DNA from: Pelomyxa schiedti
Taxonomy: Eukaryota > Protista > Evosea
Length of the DNA: 64,000 nucleotides
Direction of reading: 5' to 3'
Assembly: GCA_020536535.1 (NCBI GenBank)
Contig: JAHLWZ010000799.1
Location: 80,868-144,867, forward strand
Numbering within the stretch: the first letter of the stretch is position 1; the number at the start of each line of letters is the position of its first letter. The notes under the pieces are model-generated. The model was not told where the DNA came from and ran no database searches. It worked only from the letters and a program-made list of their open reading frames with translations. Position numbers and translations under genes: made by a program. Of this stretch, positions 49,722-62,639 are shown in pieces.

Positions 49722-51449
49722 TCACAGGCGCCTCTTGGCTGGCATGTACTTCATCTTTTCTGCGGGTAATGTTATCAAATGGGTACCAAAAGGTGGCAGG
49801 GAAGGTACCTGTCAAACTTCGCTCCATCCACCAGATAGCACCGCGGGCAACACCACCCTTGTTCTTGACAGCTTCCAGCAGATCATGTGCCTCCGCAAGC
49901 ATCCTCTCTGCATCACCTACTGATCGCTCTGCTTGGTTCTTGTCTTCCTCGGCTGGGTTTTTGTTCAGTTTTGGTGCTGTTTTTACTAGTGGATTGAACC
50001 TGCATTTGCTGCTGCTTCAGCCGCATTTTGAGATTCATCTGCCTCTGCTTTGCGCTGCTCTGCCAGATGCTTTGCTTCAGCGGCTTCAGCAGCTGAACGT
50101 TCTGCGGCTGCGGCGGCTTCGGCTGCCTCTGCTGCGGCTGCCTTTGCCTTGGCATCTGCCTGTATTTTGTTTGGGAACACAGGATTTTTAGGATAGGATG
50201 AGACGGAGATGAGCAGTACCGCATTGAAGGGGGCTGCTGCCTTCTCCATTTTGCGTACAGTGGCTGATTGGTTAATCTTTGCTCGGCTACGGAGGTATGT
50301 TAACGGATGAAAGGTTTCGAGTAATTACCTCAGAGGTAAGGGGTCTTTGGACTTCAATTGTTGTAGCTGTACAAGATGAGTTCCATGGGACTTATTACAT
50401 AACAATAACATACTTCATTTGCAGCTTTGTTCCGTTGTACAACTGATTGGGCTTCAGTAGATTTTTTCTCAAGATCTGAAACAGCCTTGGCGTAATCGTC
50501 TTCCTGCTTCTTCAACTCGGCAAGAGCTGTCTGGAAAGAGGGTCTCAATATCGAAAAAGGTTTGTTTTGTTATGAAGTAAACCTCATTTTCTGCAACAGC
50601 AGCTCGGTAGGGTGCAGCCACCTTCTCTGTCTCTTGTGCAGTCCGTTCAGCTTCTGCAGCGGCCACTCTGGAGGCCTCAGCTGCTTGACTGGCGGTTTCT
50701 GCCTTGTCCCTGGCGTCGTCTGCAGCCGCTGTTGCTGCCTTAACTAAAGTGTTAGTGGCAGAAAACTAGAGATGTGGATACCGCGGCTGTCTTTTGAGCC
50801 TCTGCTGCAGCAGCTTTAGAAGCTTCAGCGGATTCGGTTGCTTGTTGCAGGCGCTGAACCATCTGCTCTACAGCTCTTTGGGCTTCTTCCACCTTAGCTT
50901 GGGCTTCATCAACCTCTTTCTTATTGTCACCTTGGGACGCAGAAATCACTTGAGCAACGCTTTTCTTGAACCTAGTTTTAATTTAGAGGTGTGATACGAA
51001 ATACCCAAAGAAGAGTACCTGTGAATGAGAAATTCTATCAAACTCATTTTCTTATCAGAATCGACATCAATAGCGCGAAGCAGTTCACGCATTTGGATAA
51101 CAGTCATGGTTGTTCCTAGAGTCTCCAGGAATTTGTGACTCCAAAACTCATCCAGCGAATTTCCCGCGGCACCTTTTTCTTGATCCAACTTCCTATCCAC
51201 CTGTAAGATCCAGAACAGAACGCAGAAAGGCGATATACTCACGCGAACAACTCGACCCACTTCCATACGTTCTCCGCTTCGCCACTAATTTCCTCCCAGA
51301 AACCTTTTATTTGTGGTTGTGAGAACGACGTCGCAAAATGAGAGTCGGATCTGAATACCATTAAGCACCCAAATGCCTTGGTCAGAGTACGGTAGCGTGG
51401 CTATTGTTTTCCACTTCGCCGCTTGTGCCGGTGATACTTTCGCTGCCAT
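49722..51449 (-). CDS. ABP34-like Ca2+-regulated actin-bundling protein with EF-hand and Ala/Glu/Lys coiled-coil expansions
   Basis: LPYSDQGIWVLNGFWEEISGEAENVW, GNSLDEFWSHKFLE, IDVDSDKKMSLIEFL, VVQRNKAANE..DPLPLR.AKI and GAIWWMER..KYMP. Confidence 0.75.
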
Positions 51450-51669
51450 TGGTTTTTTGTTTTCTTTTGTTCTTCGTTCCTTTGCAATCTTTCAGGAGAC
51501 AAAAATTTGAACCATTTTTCGAAGAAACTCGAAATGGGCCAGCCCAATCTTGGGCTGCCATCTCCTTCCCTTCCAGCAGGGTCGACCAACCCACTCTGGC
51601 AATGATACTAGTACAACCCAGTGGGCAACAGGCTGTTGTGGCTCACAGCGGGAAACAGATTCCACCAAC

Positions 51670-53139
51670 ATGGACACACCGTTTGTGAGCCAGATACCCA
51701 CAAAACGGCACCGTGCCCTCGTCCTGGTTGTTGTAGTCTCGGGTGCACTGTGGTGCGGGCTGCTGGCTCCCCCGCTAGCCGCCCACGCCGCCCTGCGGCT
51801 CCTCCTCCTCCCCGCCGCAGCCCGCTCCCCTGTGCCGCCCGCCCCTGGTAGCGGCGGCAACGAGATCCGCACACAGCTGGAAGACACTGCCCACGGCGTC
51901 GGCGAGGGGGACGCAGGGCAAGGCTCCTTCGCTACCACCGTGGCCGCCGTGGCCCTGGCACTCGTGCCCCTTAGCGTAGTACTCGTGGCCGTTGCCCTCG
52001 CTGTGCCCGTGCTGCTTCCTCCCTACACCAAAGCTAACAGAAACGTCGATGCCAATGCCAATGCCAATGCCAATGCCAATGCCAATGCCAATACTACTGA
52101 CGATGCCGGTGCGTGCCCCTGTGCGCGTAGTCCTCGTGAGATTGACAGTGCCCCTCTTCATCAGCAGATATTCGTAGTGCGCCCAGCCCCAGCTCATGCG
52201 ACAACTGCGGAAGACTCGCTGGCTGAATTATGGGATTCCGTTGTGAGCAGCCACGACAGACTACGTGAGCGACGAGATTTCGCCGAAATTGCACTTTTGT
52301 GCGTGTGCCTTGTGGACTTGCCTCTCACAGCATTTCTATTTCTGCGATTCACCTTGGCTTTGGGTCGGCCACAAAACTCACTCTCAAGTTCCGAATATTG
52401 TGATTAATTATACTGAAGAGGTTTGGCATGTTATGGTAGCTGGTGCCTTATCAACAGGCCTGATGGGGGTATTGGCTTGTTGCCTCATAGCCGATCCATC
52501 AAAGATTAAGCCTGTTCCGCTGGTATTACTTCGTGAACCCAATTTTGCCGGACTCCGTCAAGGCTTACAGGATTTCTCCTCCCCGTACATGACAGGTTGG
52601 ACTCATTTTTTGCTGTGGGTTTTTCCTTGACGGGACGATGTTGTTATTGTACTCCACTTTTCCGATGTTAATGAGAGTCAACAGTGAGAATGTGTACAAC
52701 TATGCCACTTCACTCACAGTGTGTAGTTCTTATCTCGTAAATATCTAGATATTTACTGACATTTAGATACCATCACTTCTGGCCCACATTCACGGGATTC
52801 TGACTTTGATAAGTGTGGCTGCGGTTATTGCCTTGTATTTCCTCAGGTATGCCATTTCCATGGAACACAGAACTCTTCTCACTTTGCAATGGAAAAAGAT
52901 CACTTCATGCACTTTACAACAGAACCATCCAGCTTTTTCCCTATGGGTACGTACACCAATCCCGAGAGTCTCCTTACATTCTTCACAGACGTGCAGCATT
53001 CACAGTTCTCCTGGTCTTCCCATCACTGTATTTACTCATCACATCGTTATTCGTCCCAACACACGCTTCTTTGCTTGGGACTGTGACTATTGTGGCTTCT
53101 CTCACTGCTCTCCGTCACTGTTTAAACTCTTGGGACTAA
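51670..53139 (+). CDS. Hypothetical multi-pass membrane protein
   Basis: Several hydrophobic segments over multiple exons. No family recognised; splicing approximate. Confidence 0.5.
52051..52092 (+). repeat. (GCCAAT)7 microsatellite encoding (AN)7
   Basis: Perfect tandem hexamer. Confidence 0.95.
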
Positions 53140-53192
53140 GAAAACATTTTTCAAAACTGTTTTATGCAGAAGGACATCGGGAAAAATGGTGG

Positions 53193-54158
53193 TCAGGATT
53201 TAGAGAAGTGTTCATACTGTGGTTTTGTTACTGCAGGATTTGAAAAGGATAAATGTACTCTTTTCATGAAGTTATCAACAAGAGCCGTATTCTCCGCCTT
53301 AGTGAGAGTTGGGCAAATGGATGCCGGTTTTGCCTCTAGAATACGTTAATAAGAAGACAAACTCAAAAAGGATGAAAGAAAAACAAACCAGGTGTCCAGT
53401 CCCAGGTGACATTCTTGGCTGGATGGAAGTGAATGGATTTCTGTAACTCAACCATTGCTGAATGCAGATGAGAGAAAGTTTTGTTCTTGTTGGATGTTAA
53501 TTTTGATACAGGAGTAAGGAGAGCTGCTCACCATTCGGCTGCAGACTAAAGTGTTCAGGTCTGGGGCCTGATAAATACTTCCATTTACCACATAATACAC
53601 AGCCTGATCCCCCCCAAAAAAGGTGAGAAGCCAAGAAATTAGGCAGCAAGTGGAGGAGAATACCAGCAGAGAGTGGGACGCAACATCGTTTTCAGTCTTG
53701 CGTTCCAGCTTTCTGATTACGAACAGCTGTGGTGACTGCTGTGACTTTGAGAACTCAGTCCCGCTTGAGAACCTCCGGAAAGTATCAGCCTCTTGGTCGC
53801 GCATGCAGCGGACGAATTCCTCTTGTGTCATTGGTGTTGCCCTGTGACTGTTGCTGGTTTTCACGAGCGCTTCAGCTTGCCTTCTGGCTTCCTCGTTCAA
53901 GCAATTTCTAGTGTAGAACCTACAAACCAGCAACCCCGGGAAAAACAAAAAAAAAAAAAAATAGACATGAAGCAACGGTTGGGATTACAATCGGTCAGGC
54001 ACGTAGGCACATACTCACTGTGAGCGAGCGAAGTAGTCGAGCACGTTGTCGAAGTTGACACCGCCGGATTCCTCCAGCCACATCTCGTCGCGGAAAACCT
54101 CGGCCAGTTGTTCCTCGTGGTATCCCCCTGGCACGACAACCGGCGGCGTGTCCATCAT
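53193..54158 (-). CDS. MED6: Mediator subunit 6
   Basis: FRDEMWL...NVLDYFARSQFYTRNCLNE...GTEF...LFVIRK..R...AVYYVVNGSIYQAPDL...SRM. Confidence 0.9.
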
Positions 54159-54172
54159 TCTCTGGGCTTCTA

Positions 54173-54486
54173 CGGTTTGACGCGAATTCCGGCCAGTAAG
54201 GAACCCTGCGAGCTTGTTGTCCCAGAATCCTGTTTCGAGGGGGTGTCTGGAAGGACATTCTAAAAACATTCCAGGGATGAATCCGAGGCCGAGTCACTGG
54301 CACAGGGAGCTGTCTGTCCCTCAGTAGCAGGAGGAGCCTGACTTCTTCTTGGCTTCTAGTGACACGACGAACATTCTTTTTCCCACTGGGATGAAGGGCT
54401 TGTTGTAGGCCTAGTTACTGAGCTTTCTCATTGATCATCTCACTTGAACCAACACCGAATTAGGTACTCGGATATTCCGTTAGCCG
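54173..54486 (+). ncRNA. Candidate structured ncRNA with RNase P/MRP-like topology
   Basis: P1-like 54173-54187/54474-54486, P2-like 54194-54199/54415-54420, P3-like 54204-54276, pseudoknot ATCCGAG 54281-54287/CTCGGAT 54467-54473, and CTAGTTAC overlapping the start of P2'. G-U pairs favour the + strand. Confidence 0.4.
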
Positions 54487-54557
54487 CTGTTGTTTTCCCA
54501 GCCCTAAAAAGCTTGTTTTAGTTTCATCGAAGCAATAAAAACGACGTTGGTGCGGTG

Positions 54558-57121
54558 ATGCAGCGGGGTTGGTGGTTGGTGGTTGTATTGGTTGTTGTTG
54601 TACAGTTTCACTTATCTGTGGGTCAAAACTCCACAGTGAAGGTTGTCATGTCACTTTTTGCTCCAACAAAACAAACAAAACCAACCCCTTTTTTTTATTT
54701 ATTTATTTTTTTTGGTGCCAGTATGAAGGAATTGTTGACTATTCGCGGGGCACCGCGAACGAGGCTGCTGTTTATTTGGTTAAAGTGTCACACAAAGTAT
54801 TGCGGCTTTTGCCTCACGAGAGCCTTTCTGACCTGAACTTGACTTCACTCGATACGGGAGAACTCAAGGACTACGCAATTGTGAGCTTCCTTCACGCGCA
54901 AGTTGCAACGACACGTGTCTCACATTTTTAGAGCGTGGGAAAACTGGCACTCCCTGGTTTTATTCTTTGCCTTTTATCCCTTATTGGCCTTATTCTTTAC
55001 TGCCCAATAATGTGTTGCTGCATGAGGTGTGTATTCTTGTACTTGTCACAGAGGTGACCTGCACCTAAGAAAAAAGAAGCCAAAGTACTATTCCTGCTGT
55101 AGTAAATATACACCAGTTATCCTCTATCTTGTGGCAGCAGTCTTTGTACTGTAAATTTTCCAGATTCCCACGCTGTGGGTCTTACTCCCTTTTTTTCGTT
55201 AGCTTTGCCCTTGCAATAGGTTGGCTGGGTACGGCTCAGTTCACCTCTGGTGTAACAGGTGCTGTCACGGAAGTTGACGGTGGAGGAGATGAAGTTTTTG
55301 CTGTTATTGACAAAGTTGTCGGTATTTCTTCTGGTTTTCTTGAATTATAGATGAAGTGTTAAACAAACGAAAAACCAAATCCAGATTTTGTTATTGCTGA
55401 AGCCATTATTGTTTACGCCTCACTTTACAACGGGAGTTCGTTAGTATCCGGTGTTCCAGCAACCATAGACACAAGTGTGGCAATCTCTCAAAGTATTGTG
55501 CAGGTTAATTCTGAGCTCAGTGATTTGGCAGGGTACCAATTCCTCTCTCCCGGGGTTTTCCCAACACCTTCAAGGATTTTAAATCAAAGTGTTGTGATCC
55601 CGGAAGTCAATCAGCTGAAAACTACTACTGAATATTTAATCTCTTATTCATCAGGACCTCTTACCGAACTCAACGACCTTGTTCAAGAGGCTCAAGACAA
55701 AGTTTCTGCAGAACCTCTACTTTCTCGAGCCTAATTTTATTTAGGCTATTGTTGTACAGGATACGATAAATGACGCTTTAAATGGAATTGGAGATAATGA
55801 AGTTTTACACAAGCTTTCCGATATTTCTCATAAAGTGATGAACACCACCTCTGAGGTTACTTCAAAGATTTCATCAACGAGCTCCACTGTGAAACATTAT
55901 GACTTGACCAGGTACCCAAATTTTTTATCGAACTTTGGAATTAATAAGAACAGAGAACTTGTTATGAACTTTCTTTCACTATTGCCTCTGTTTTCCATTG
56001 GGTTAGTTGTGCTGGGTTTGTTTGCCAAGAAAGGAAGCATGTTCCATTGGTGTGCCAACAAATGATGTAATAGTTCTGACAGTCCCTTCCTCTGACTAGT
56101 GCTAACTGCTGTGGATTTATTACTTTGATATGGTTATTCTTACTTGGTGCACTTCATGTTCTACTGGCTATTGTTCTGGATGATGCATGCCTAGTATCAA
56201 TCTCAATATCCTTATACCAGACTCTTTAATTGTTTTCAGTTTATCAACAGTCCCCAAGGGCTGAAGGTCAATTTGACAGAAGTTGTGACTGAATGCCGCG
56301 AAGGAAGAAGCTTTTTTGATGTTTTTAATATAACAGATCGATTTTCCTTCGATTTTGAATATGAGGTTGAGTTGCAACTATTCCTCGACAGCAACCAACT
56401 GTGACCTAGGATACCCTTGATGAATTCGCAGATTTTGCAACAACGGAGCTTAATCTTACAGAAGTCAGCTCGTTTTTGAGTAGCGTGGTGATTTTACCTG
56501 CTGACTACAACTTGACAGAGATTTCCTCTAATGTATTTCTGTGATGTTAGAATAATTAACTTTGTGAAAAGGATACTGCCATAGAGGCGGAGCTCACTGC
56601 AGCCCAAAGTACTCTTAAACTCTTAATTTGAGAAACTGAAAGGGGTGGGATGGGAAAAAGACCAATCAATGGTTACAAGTGCACTTGCCAGACAAACACT
56701 ACAGCAACTAGTGGAACTTAACTCCACTCTTTCTGATTTTGTGGATGACAATATAACTCAACTAGCAGCTCTTGCCGAGGTAAGTTCTTTTCCTTTCTCT
56801 GTCCCATGTCCTAACTGTGTTAAAAACAAGCACATATTCAGTATTGATGACGAACTGTTGGCGTTGTCAAATTGCTCTTGTCTGGCAGGTTTAGTCGATG
56901 GACTCACCAGTGAAGTTTGTGTATTTTTATTGTATGTGCCCTCTTCCCTTACTGGCAACTTATTTTTCTAATTTGCCAAACACAGGGACTCCACTGAACT
57001 GCTTGTACTCTCTCAATGGCTACTTTGTATTTCCATGACATTTTGTATCTTCTTAACCTGCTTCCTTATTCCCCGGTTCCCTCGCGTAAATAAAGTTGCT
57101 CCTGATGGTCCAAGTATGTAA
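54558..57121 (+). CDS. Tweety/prominin-like multi-pass membrane glycoprotein
   Basis: Signal peptide, TM1 followed by a Cys cluster (CPIMCCC), TM2, long helical ectodomains with N-glycosylation sequons, further TM pair and a C-terminal TM. Confidence 0.6.
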
Positions 57122-57251
57122 ACAGACACGTTTATTTGCCCACCCTTACGTAATGCAGAAAAACCATAGGATTTGTAAAAAAAAGAAAAGTTTTTGTATT
57201 AGGGTTTTTGAGTTACAAAATGGTATTTTTACAGAAAGTCGTTTACAAACA

Positions 57252-60200
57252 TTACAAGATAAGGTCCTGGCTCGCACCTGTTTGTCAAATAAGCAATAAG
57301 CCCATTGATGAAAGGGATGTTGGGTGATAAGTAACAAGTTCGAGCATACCTCCTAATTCTCCACTCAAGTCTTCAATTGATCCGGACACTGCTTGACTAT
57401 CATCGCTGGCAATTATTTCACCATCAACAGGTCCGCTGTCAACATTGTCACCTGGCATTTCACCCCCAGTTGGCGTGTTGCCAAGAATGTCAAAGGAGCT
57501 GTTGTCGGTGTCATCTTCCCCTGTGTGTGAAAGTGAGTGGTGGAAAACGGGTACAGGGATGATGAAGGTACCATGGTAATGCTGAATGGGTTTAGCTGGA
57601 GCAGAAACAACCCCTTTGGGTGCAGGATATTGCTTCTTGGTGGGGTACTCTTTCTCGTACTCGCTGCCGCTCTCGCTGACGCTGCCACTTTCACTCCCAC
57701 TCACACTGGCACTTCCACTTCTGCTTCCTCCTCCTTGACGGGCATTAAAGAGTTTGGCACTAGTGTGGCCACCCCCACTGCTTGGTCTGTGTCTACTGTC
57801 ACTTGCACTGCTACTTCCACTAGAACTCCCCCTGTCTTTGCGCGCTGTGTTTGCTGGTTTTGCTTGCGGTGGTGGCTCTTTCTTTGGTTGCGGTCCTTGC
57901 GGTTGATAAGAGCCCCCTCGGTTGTTCCCGGCAGTGTTGTTATGTACTTCGTCAGACTCGTCATCATCAGAGTCAGACTGGTTGTTCCGCGTTGACTGTG
58001 GGGTGGTGTTTGTGGGTGCTGATGGCGGTGGCTTGGATACAACTTTGGGTGCTGCCTGAGGGGTAGCCGCGGGCGCAGTGGGCTTGCCAGAATCTGAGGA
58101 GCTCCCTTTGGGGGTCTGCTGGGCTCCTGGTGAAAGTTAGAAAATTACAAGGGAGCCTTATGTACCTTGTGTTGTCACAGGGGAGGCTGGCTCGTCGTCT
58201 GAATAACTTGAGGAAGAGTGCCGGACCTAGCAAAAAACTAAGATACAGGGAGACAACAAAGTTACAAACAGGTGCCCAGTTCGGAGGCTTCTTCCAATTA
58301 TTTTCCACCAACAGCGGAAACTTTCTTTCAGTTTCACTGCTGCCCTCGGATGCATCACTCTGAGTGGGAGTGGGAGGAATAACCCACACTTCAGGTATAA
58401 ACCCATCCCACTTGCCCTGTGAACTTCCAGAGTACGAGCTACTGGCGGGACTATAAGACGAACTATTGCTCGCACTACTTTCTGAGCCACTCTCATCATC
58501 AGAGGAACTGGAAGAGGCGCGCTGGTGTGATATTAGGATCTGGTAAATAATTACTTGAGTACCTTGGTTGTTTTTGCCACTGGAGCTATGGTGGTTGCTG
58601 GGACAGAGGTGGCGTTGGTAGTAGGTGTGGTTGGTGTGGGTTTGGGTGGTGTGCCTGACGTTTCAGAAGTCGTCGCAGTAGTGGTAGCTGGTGCAGGCTT
58701 TCCTGGGTGTTCAATTTCATCACTTCCACTTGATTCTGGGGGAACACTTTTTTGTGTTGGAGATTTTGCAGCCTCAGTTTTTGGAGGGGTTGTATCCTGG
58801 GGTTCAGTTTTTTGAAGTACTGGAGGTATTTGTGGTTGTGGTTGTGGAGGAGCTTGAGGCGTTGCAGGAATTGATGTTGCAGGTAATTGTGGTGTTGCAG
58901 AAGGCGCCTCTGATGTTTGGTTTGGTTTAGCAGAGGGTGTTTGAACAGGTTTGGTTACCTGTGGAACTGAGGGTTGATTTATGGTAGGTATTTTTGGTGT
59001 CGGGTTGGAAGCTGGAGGATTTGGTGATGCACCTTGACTGGAAGTTGACTGTGGAGAAACTGGAGCCTGTGGTGTCGCTTCTTTTGTTATTGACACAGGA
59101 CTTGGAGTTGCAGTGGTACTATTACTATTCTTCGAGGGGGATGGCGCTGAGACAGGTGAAGTTGGCGTTTTGGGAGTTATCTTTGGTTTACTTGAAGGAT
59201 GGGTTGGTTCTACAGGAGAAGGTTTCGTCACCTGAGAACTTGTATTTACTTTGGAGGTTACAGGTGTGGAATGCCTACTGGTTGTGTGTTGTTGAGAGCC
59301 TGCTCTGCTAGGTTTTCCTTGAGACGGTGGTGGATTTATTGGTGAGGGTAGTCTGCTGGGGAGAGGTTCCTTTGCAGGTTTGATTGGTGCTGGTGTGGTA
59401 CTAGATTTTGAAGGGGATGTTGGAGGTCGGGTGGGTGAACGTGCCTTATCGGCGGGAGGGAGGCGAGGAGTGGCATGAGTACTAGGAGTATCCCCTTTTT
59501 GCTTTATAGCAGTTTGTGGTTTTCTCTGTTCAACAGTAGAAGACTCCTTTTCTCTACCCCTTTCAGAATGTCTGCTTTTCCCAGATTGAATTTCTGCCCC
59601 TCCAGTCGTTTTTGACTTTGGAAGCGGACTTTGGGCAGCGCCTCCCAGGTCCGAGCGGAATCGGTAATTTTCAGTGGGGTTCTCTAGATCAGATTTATTT
59701 CTGAGGGGTTCAGCGAAATGCCTATGGCCCTCTTCTAATGCACTGTGAGAATGGTAGTAAGGAACGAGAAAGAAAGAACTTTTTGTGTGGCTAGGCTGAG
59801 CATCTTGCAGCTGGTGGAAGAAAATCAGGGTGAGTATAGGGTGAGGAAATCTAACCAAAGAATGCATGGAAGTAGGGTCATAACTCCGAGATCTTTCTTT
59901 TTGTCCAAGAGAATTCGTTACCTGAGAAAAATAAACACAGGTGCAAAGTAGAAGATTTTTACACACTGGTTTCTCCAACGTGAAAATGTGGGGTTGTGAA
60001 TGAGAAAGAGGTAAAGTGGGAGAGCTTGTAGGAATTGCTGATTTATGGTGCCACTGCCGTATTTGGCCTTTTTCAATTGCCTCGTGCTTTAATCTCACAG
60101 ATTGCAACTTGTCATCTATGTCTTGTTTTGAGCGGGGTATGTATTTGTCTGTCCCGTATCCAGATGACTTTGACTTGCCACCGAGGTATCCAGGGGTTGA

Positions 60201-62477
60201 ATCTTTCAGGCAAGTAGGGACTGAGGGGTGCGGTAGTGGCAAAAATTTGTGTGACAATGTATCTGTGCCAAGTTTCTTTATCAAAAAAGTGGCACAAAGT
60301 AAACAGCACACCTCGAAGAATGGGAAGTAGTTCAGAATTGTTGGTAAAGAGATTTTCCTCCAATCTCATGTTAGTAACCTACATTTACGTGAAACCAGTA
60401 GAACGGGGAAGCAGGATACCTTGTTAATGAAATCTTGTTCACTCCAGGCTTGATTTGCTAGCGATTCCCGAGATATTGATGCCGTTTTACTGAGGGCCGC
60501 AATGTCACGCAAAGACCACATCTGACGGGCCTCAAGTATACGTAACCTGAGATGAGTTATTTGTGCTTTCAAAGTCAGTATCGGGAAAACCTTTTGCGTT
60601 TCAGGATACTTTCTTCACGCTGAAGTTGTAGTCTTTGTGATAAAGTCGGTGCCGGGTCCACTCTAAAGGAACATTGAAAGGGTGCAAATTGAGGAGGGAG
60701 AGTACAATACCTTGGTGAGTCAGGTTTTAAAAAAGTTGCTGCGATATGTCTGGTTTGCTAGAAGGATGTATAAGTTTCTTTTTCGAGCACCAAAATATCC
60801 TTGTTTTACCTGAAATGTCCTTGAATCGGCTCTTTCAAAACTGGCCGATCTTCTAAGAGGCTGTTAATACTATTTGGATGGGATCGTGTGGCTGAGACCT
60901 CATCATTCCTTCTGGCATTCCTTCAGGTATTCCTAGAGAGGACAGGTTGCTACTCTGTAAAGGTATAAGGTACAAATGTGAGGAAGCAAGTGTACCAATG
61001 AAGTGCTGGATCTACATGAGCGCTGAGGAGTTAAGGGGGTGTCTTCATCTTCCATGCTCAGAATACTCGGCTTGGAGGTAATTGCAGCTTCACGTGTCGT
61101 TTGAAACTTTTCAGCGTGTGTCGTGTCGCATTTAACATGGTTGAAGGGGGGAGGAGCTGTTGGCTTTGTTTTACATGAGCTGTGCTGAGAATCAGTACTG
61201 CTTCTACGGCTACCTGTGGATACTTTGACTAGCCCATTGGTTTTTTCTGGTGAATTTGTGGTTTCTATGGGGGTTGCTTTTGGAATTGTTGTAGCACTTT
61301 GTTTGGGTGCAACATCTTTCTTAGGAGATTCATTTACGGGTGTGTCTTTCAATGATTGTTGGGGAGTAGGTTCTTGCTTTGGAGTCTGGGATTCTTTGGG
61401 TTGTGTCGTTTCACGGGGGACTTCTTTGAAATTATTTGGAGGATTTGCCACAGGCTGAGTCAAGGGAACTTGTTCTGGAGGATTTATGACTTTTGGAATT
61501 GGTGTAAGAGGAGTATTTTGTTGTAAATGCGGGGATGGGAGTGGTGACTCGACAAATTCACTCTCGGAACTATCACCATATCTACTTTTTCCAAGTTCAA
61601 AATCCTGTACTTCCTAAGAATTCAGGGAAGATAGAGGAAATGTACTTCTGAGGTAGGCTCGATATCAAAAGGGTTGAAGTATTCCAAATCATCAGGATTA
61701 GGCTCTCTCATAGAAGAACTTAATGCTTTAGGTTCACTTTGAGGTGGTTGGAGAGGAATTGGCATTGATGTGGAAAGAATAGTTTTAGATGGACGGTCAA
61801 TTGTAGAGGGCTGGCTCTACATCAGAGTTTAGAACATTCAGATGCAAGAAATCAATATATACATATATATATGTAAATAAACTAATGGTATAGAGTAGTA
61901 CCGATACTGTGCCGTTTGCAATGTCTCGTTGCGGTGCCTGTGCTTTGAAAAGTACAAAGAAACAAAGGTTAAAAAAATCCAATCAACAGTGCAGTTAGTT
62001 AGTTACCTGAGAAACCGAGCTTGCGCTTTCTTTGTTGTCGTGAGCTGTCTTCTGCGCCGCGTTTCGCGGCCCGGTTTTGGCGTAGTCGCCCTTGCTGCCC
62101 TCCGACCCGCTCGCATAGCTCTCGCTGCTCCTCCCGGAGGAGCTACCGGAGCCCTTCGAGGCGGAGCGAGACCCCGACGAGCTCGAGGAAGCTCTGGACA
62201 GTGGCTTGGTGCAGCTGCCAGCCGCGGGCCGCCCCGCCCCGCTTGTTCTGGCGTCCCCGCGGGCGGCCCGCCCAAACACCCCGCGTCCGCTCAAACTCTC
62301 GTCTTCGCTCGAGATTACAATGTCGTCGTCGTTGATGTCGGTAGGCACGCTCGCCCCCAGTGCGTTCTTTTCGTAGGAAAGTGGCACCTCGTCGCTCAGC
62401 GACGGCGAATCTAAGAAGTGGTTTGTTTGGCAGACAAACAAAAAAAAAAAGGAGCCAGCCCCGTGGATACCTGTCAT
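57252..62477 (-). CDS. Large multi-exon Ser/Thr/Pro-rich disordered protein (one gene or two)
   Basis: Series of minus-strand coding exons joined by short GT-AG introns, with a short helical core (QITHLRLRILEARQMWSLRDIAAL). No family recognised. Confidence 0.55.
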
Positions 62478-62639
62478 TGCCTCCTAAAAATAGCCTGCAC
62501 GGAGGATGAGACTTAGTTCTCGTTTAACGTGTCGTGCCACGGCACTGAAACTGGAATTTCTTCACGAAAAAAACAAACCAACAAATTCGCTACCCCGAAA
62601 TGTCGTTTTTAATACTTGTTTATTTGAAAAGGAATATCC

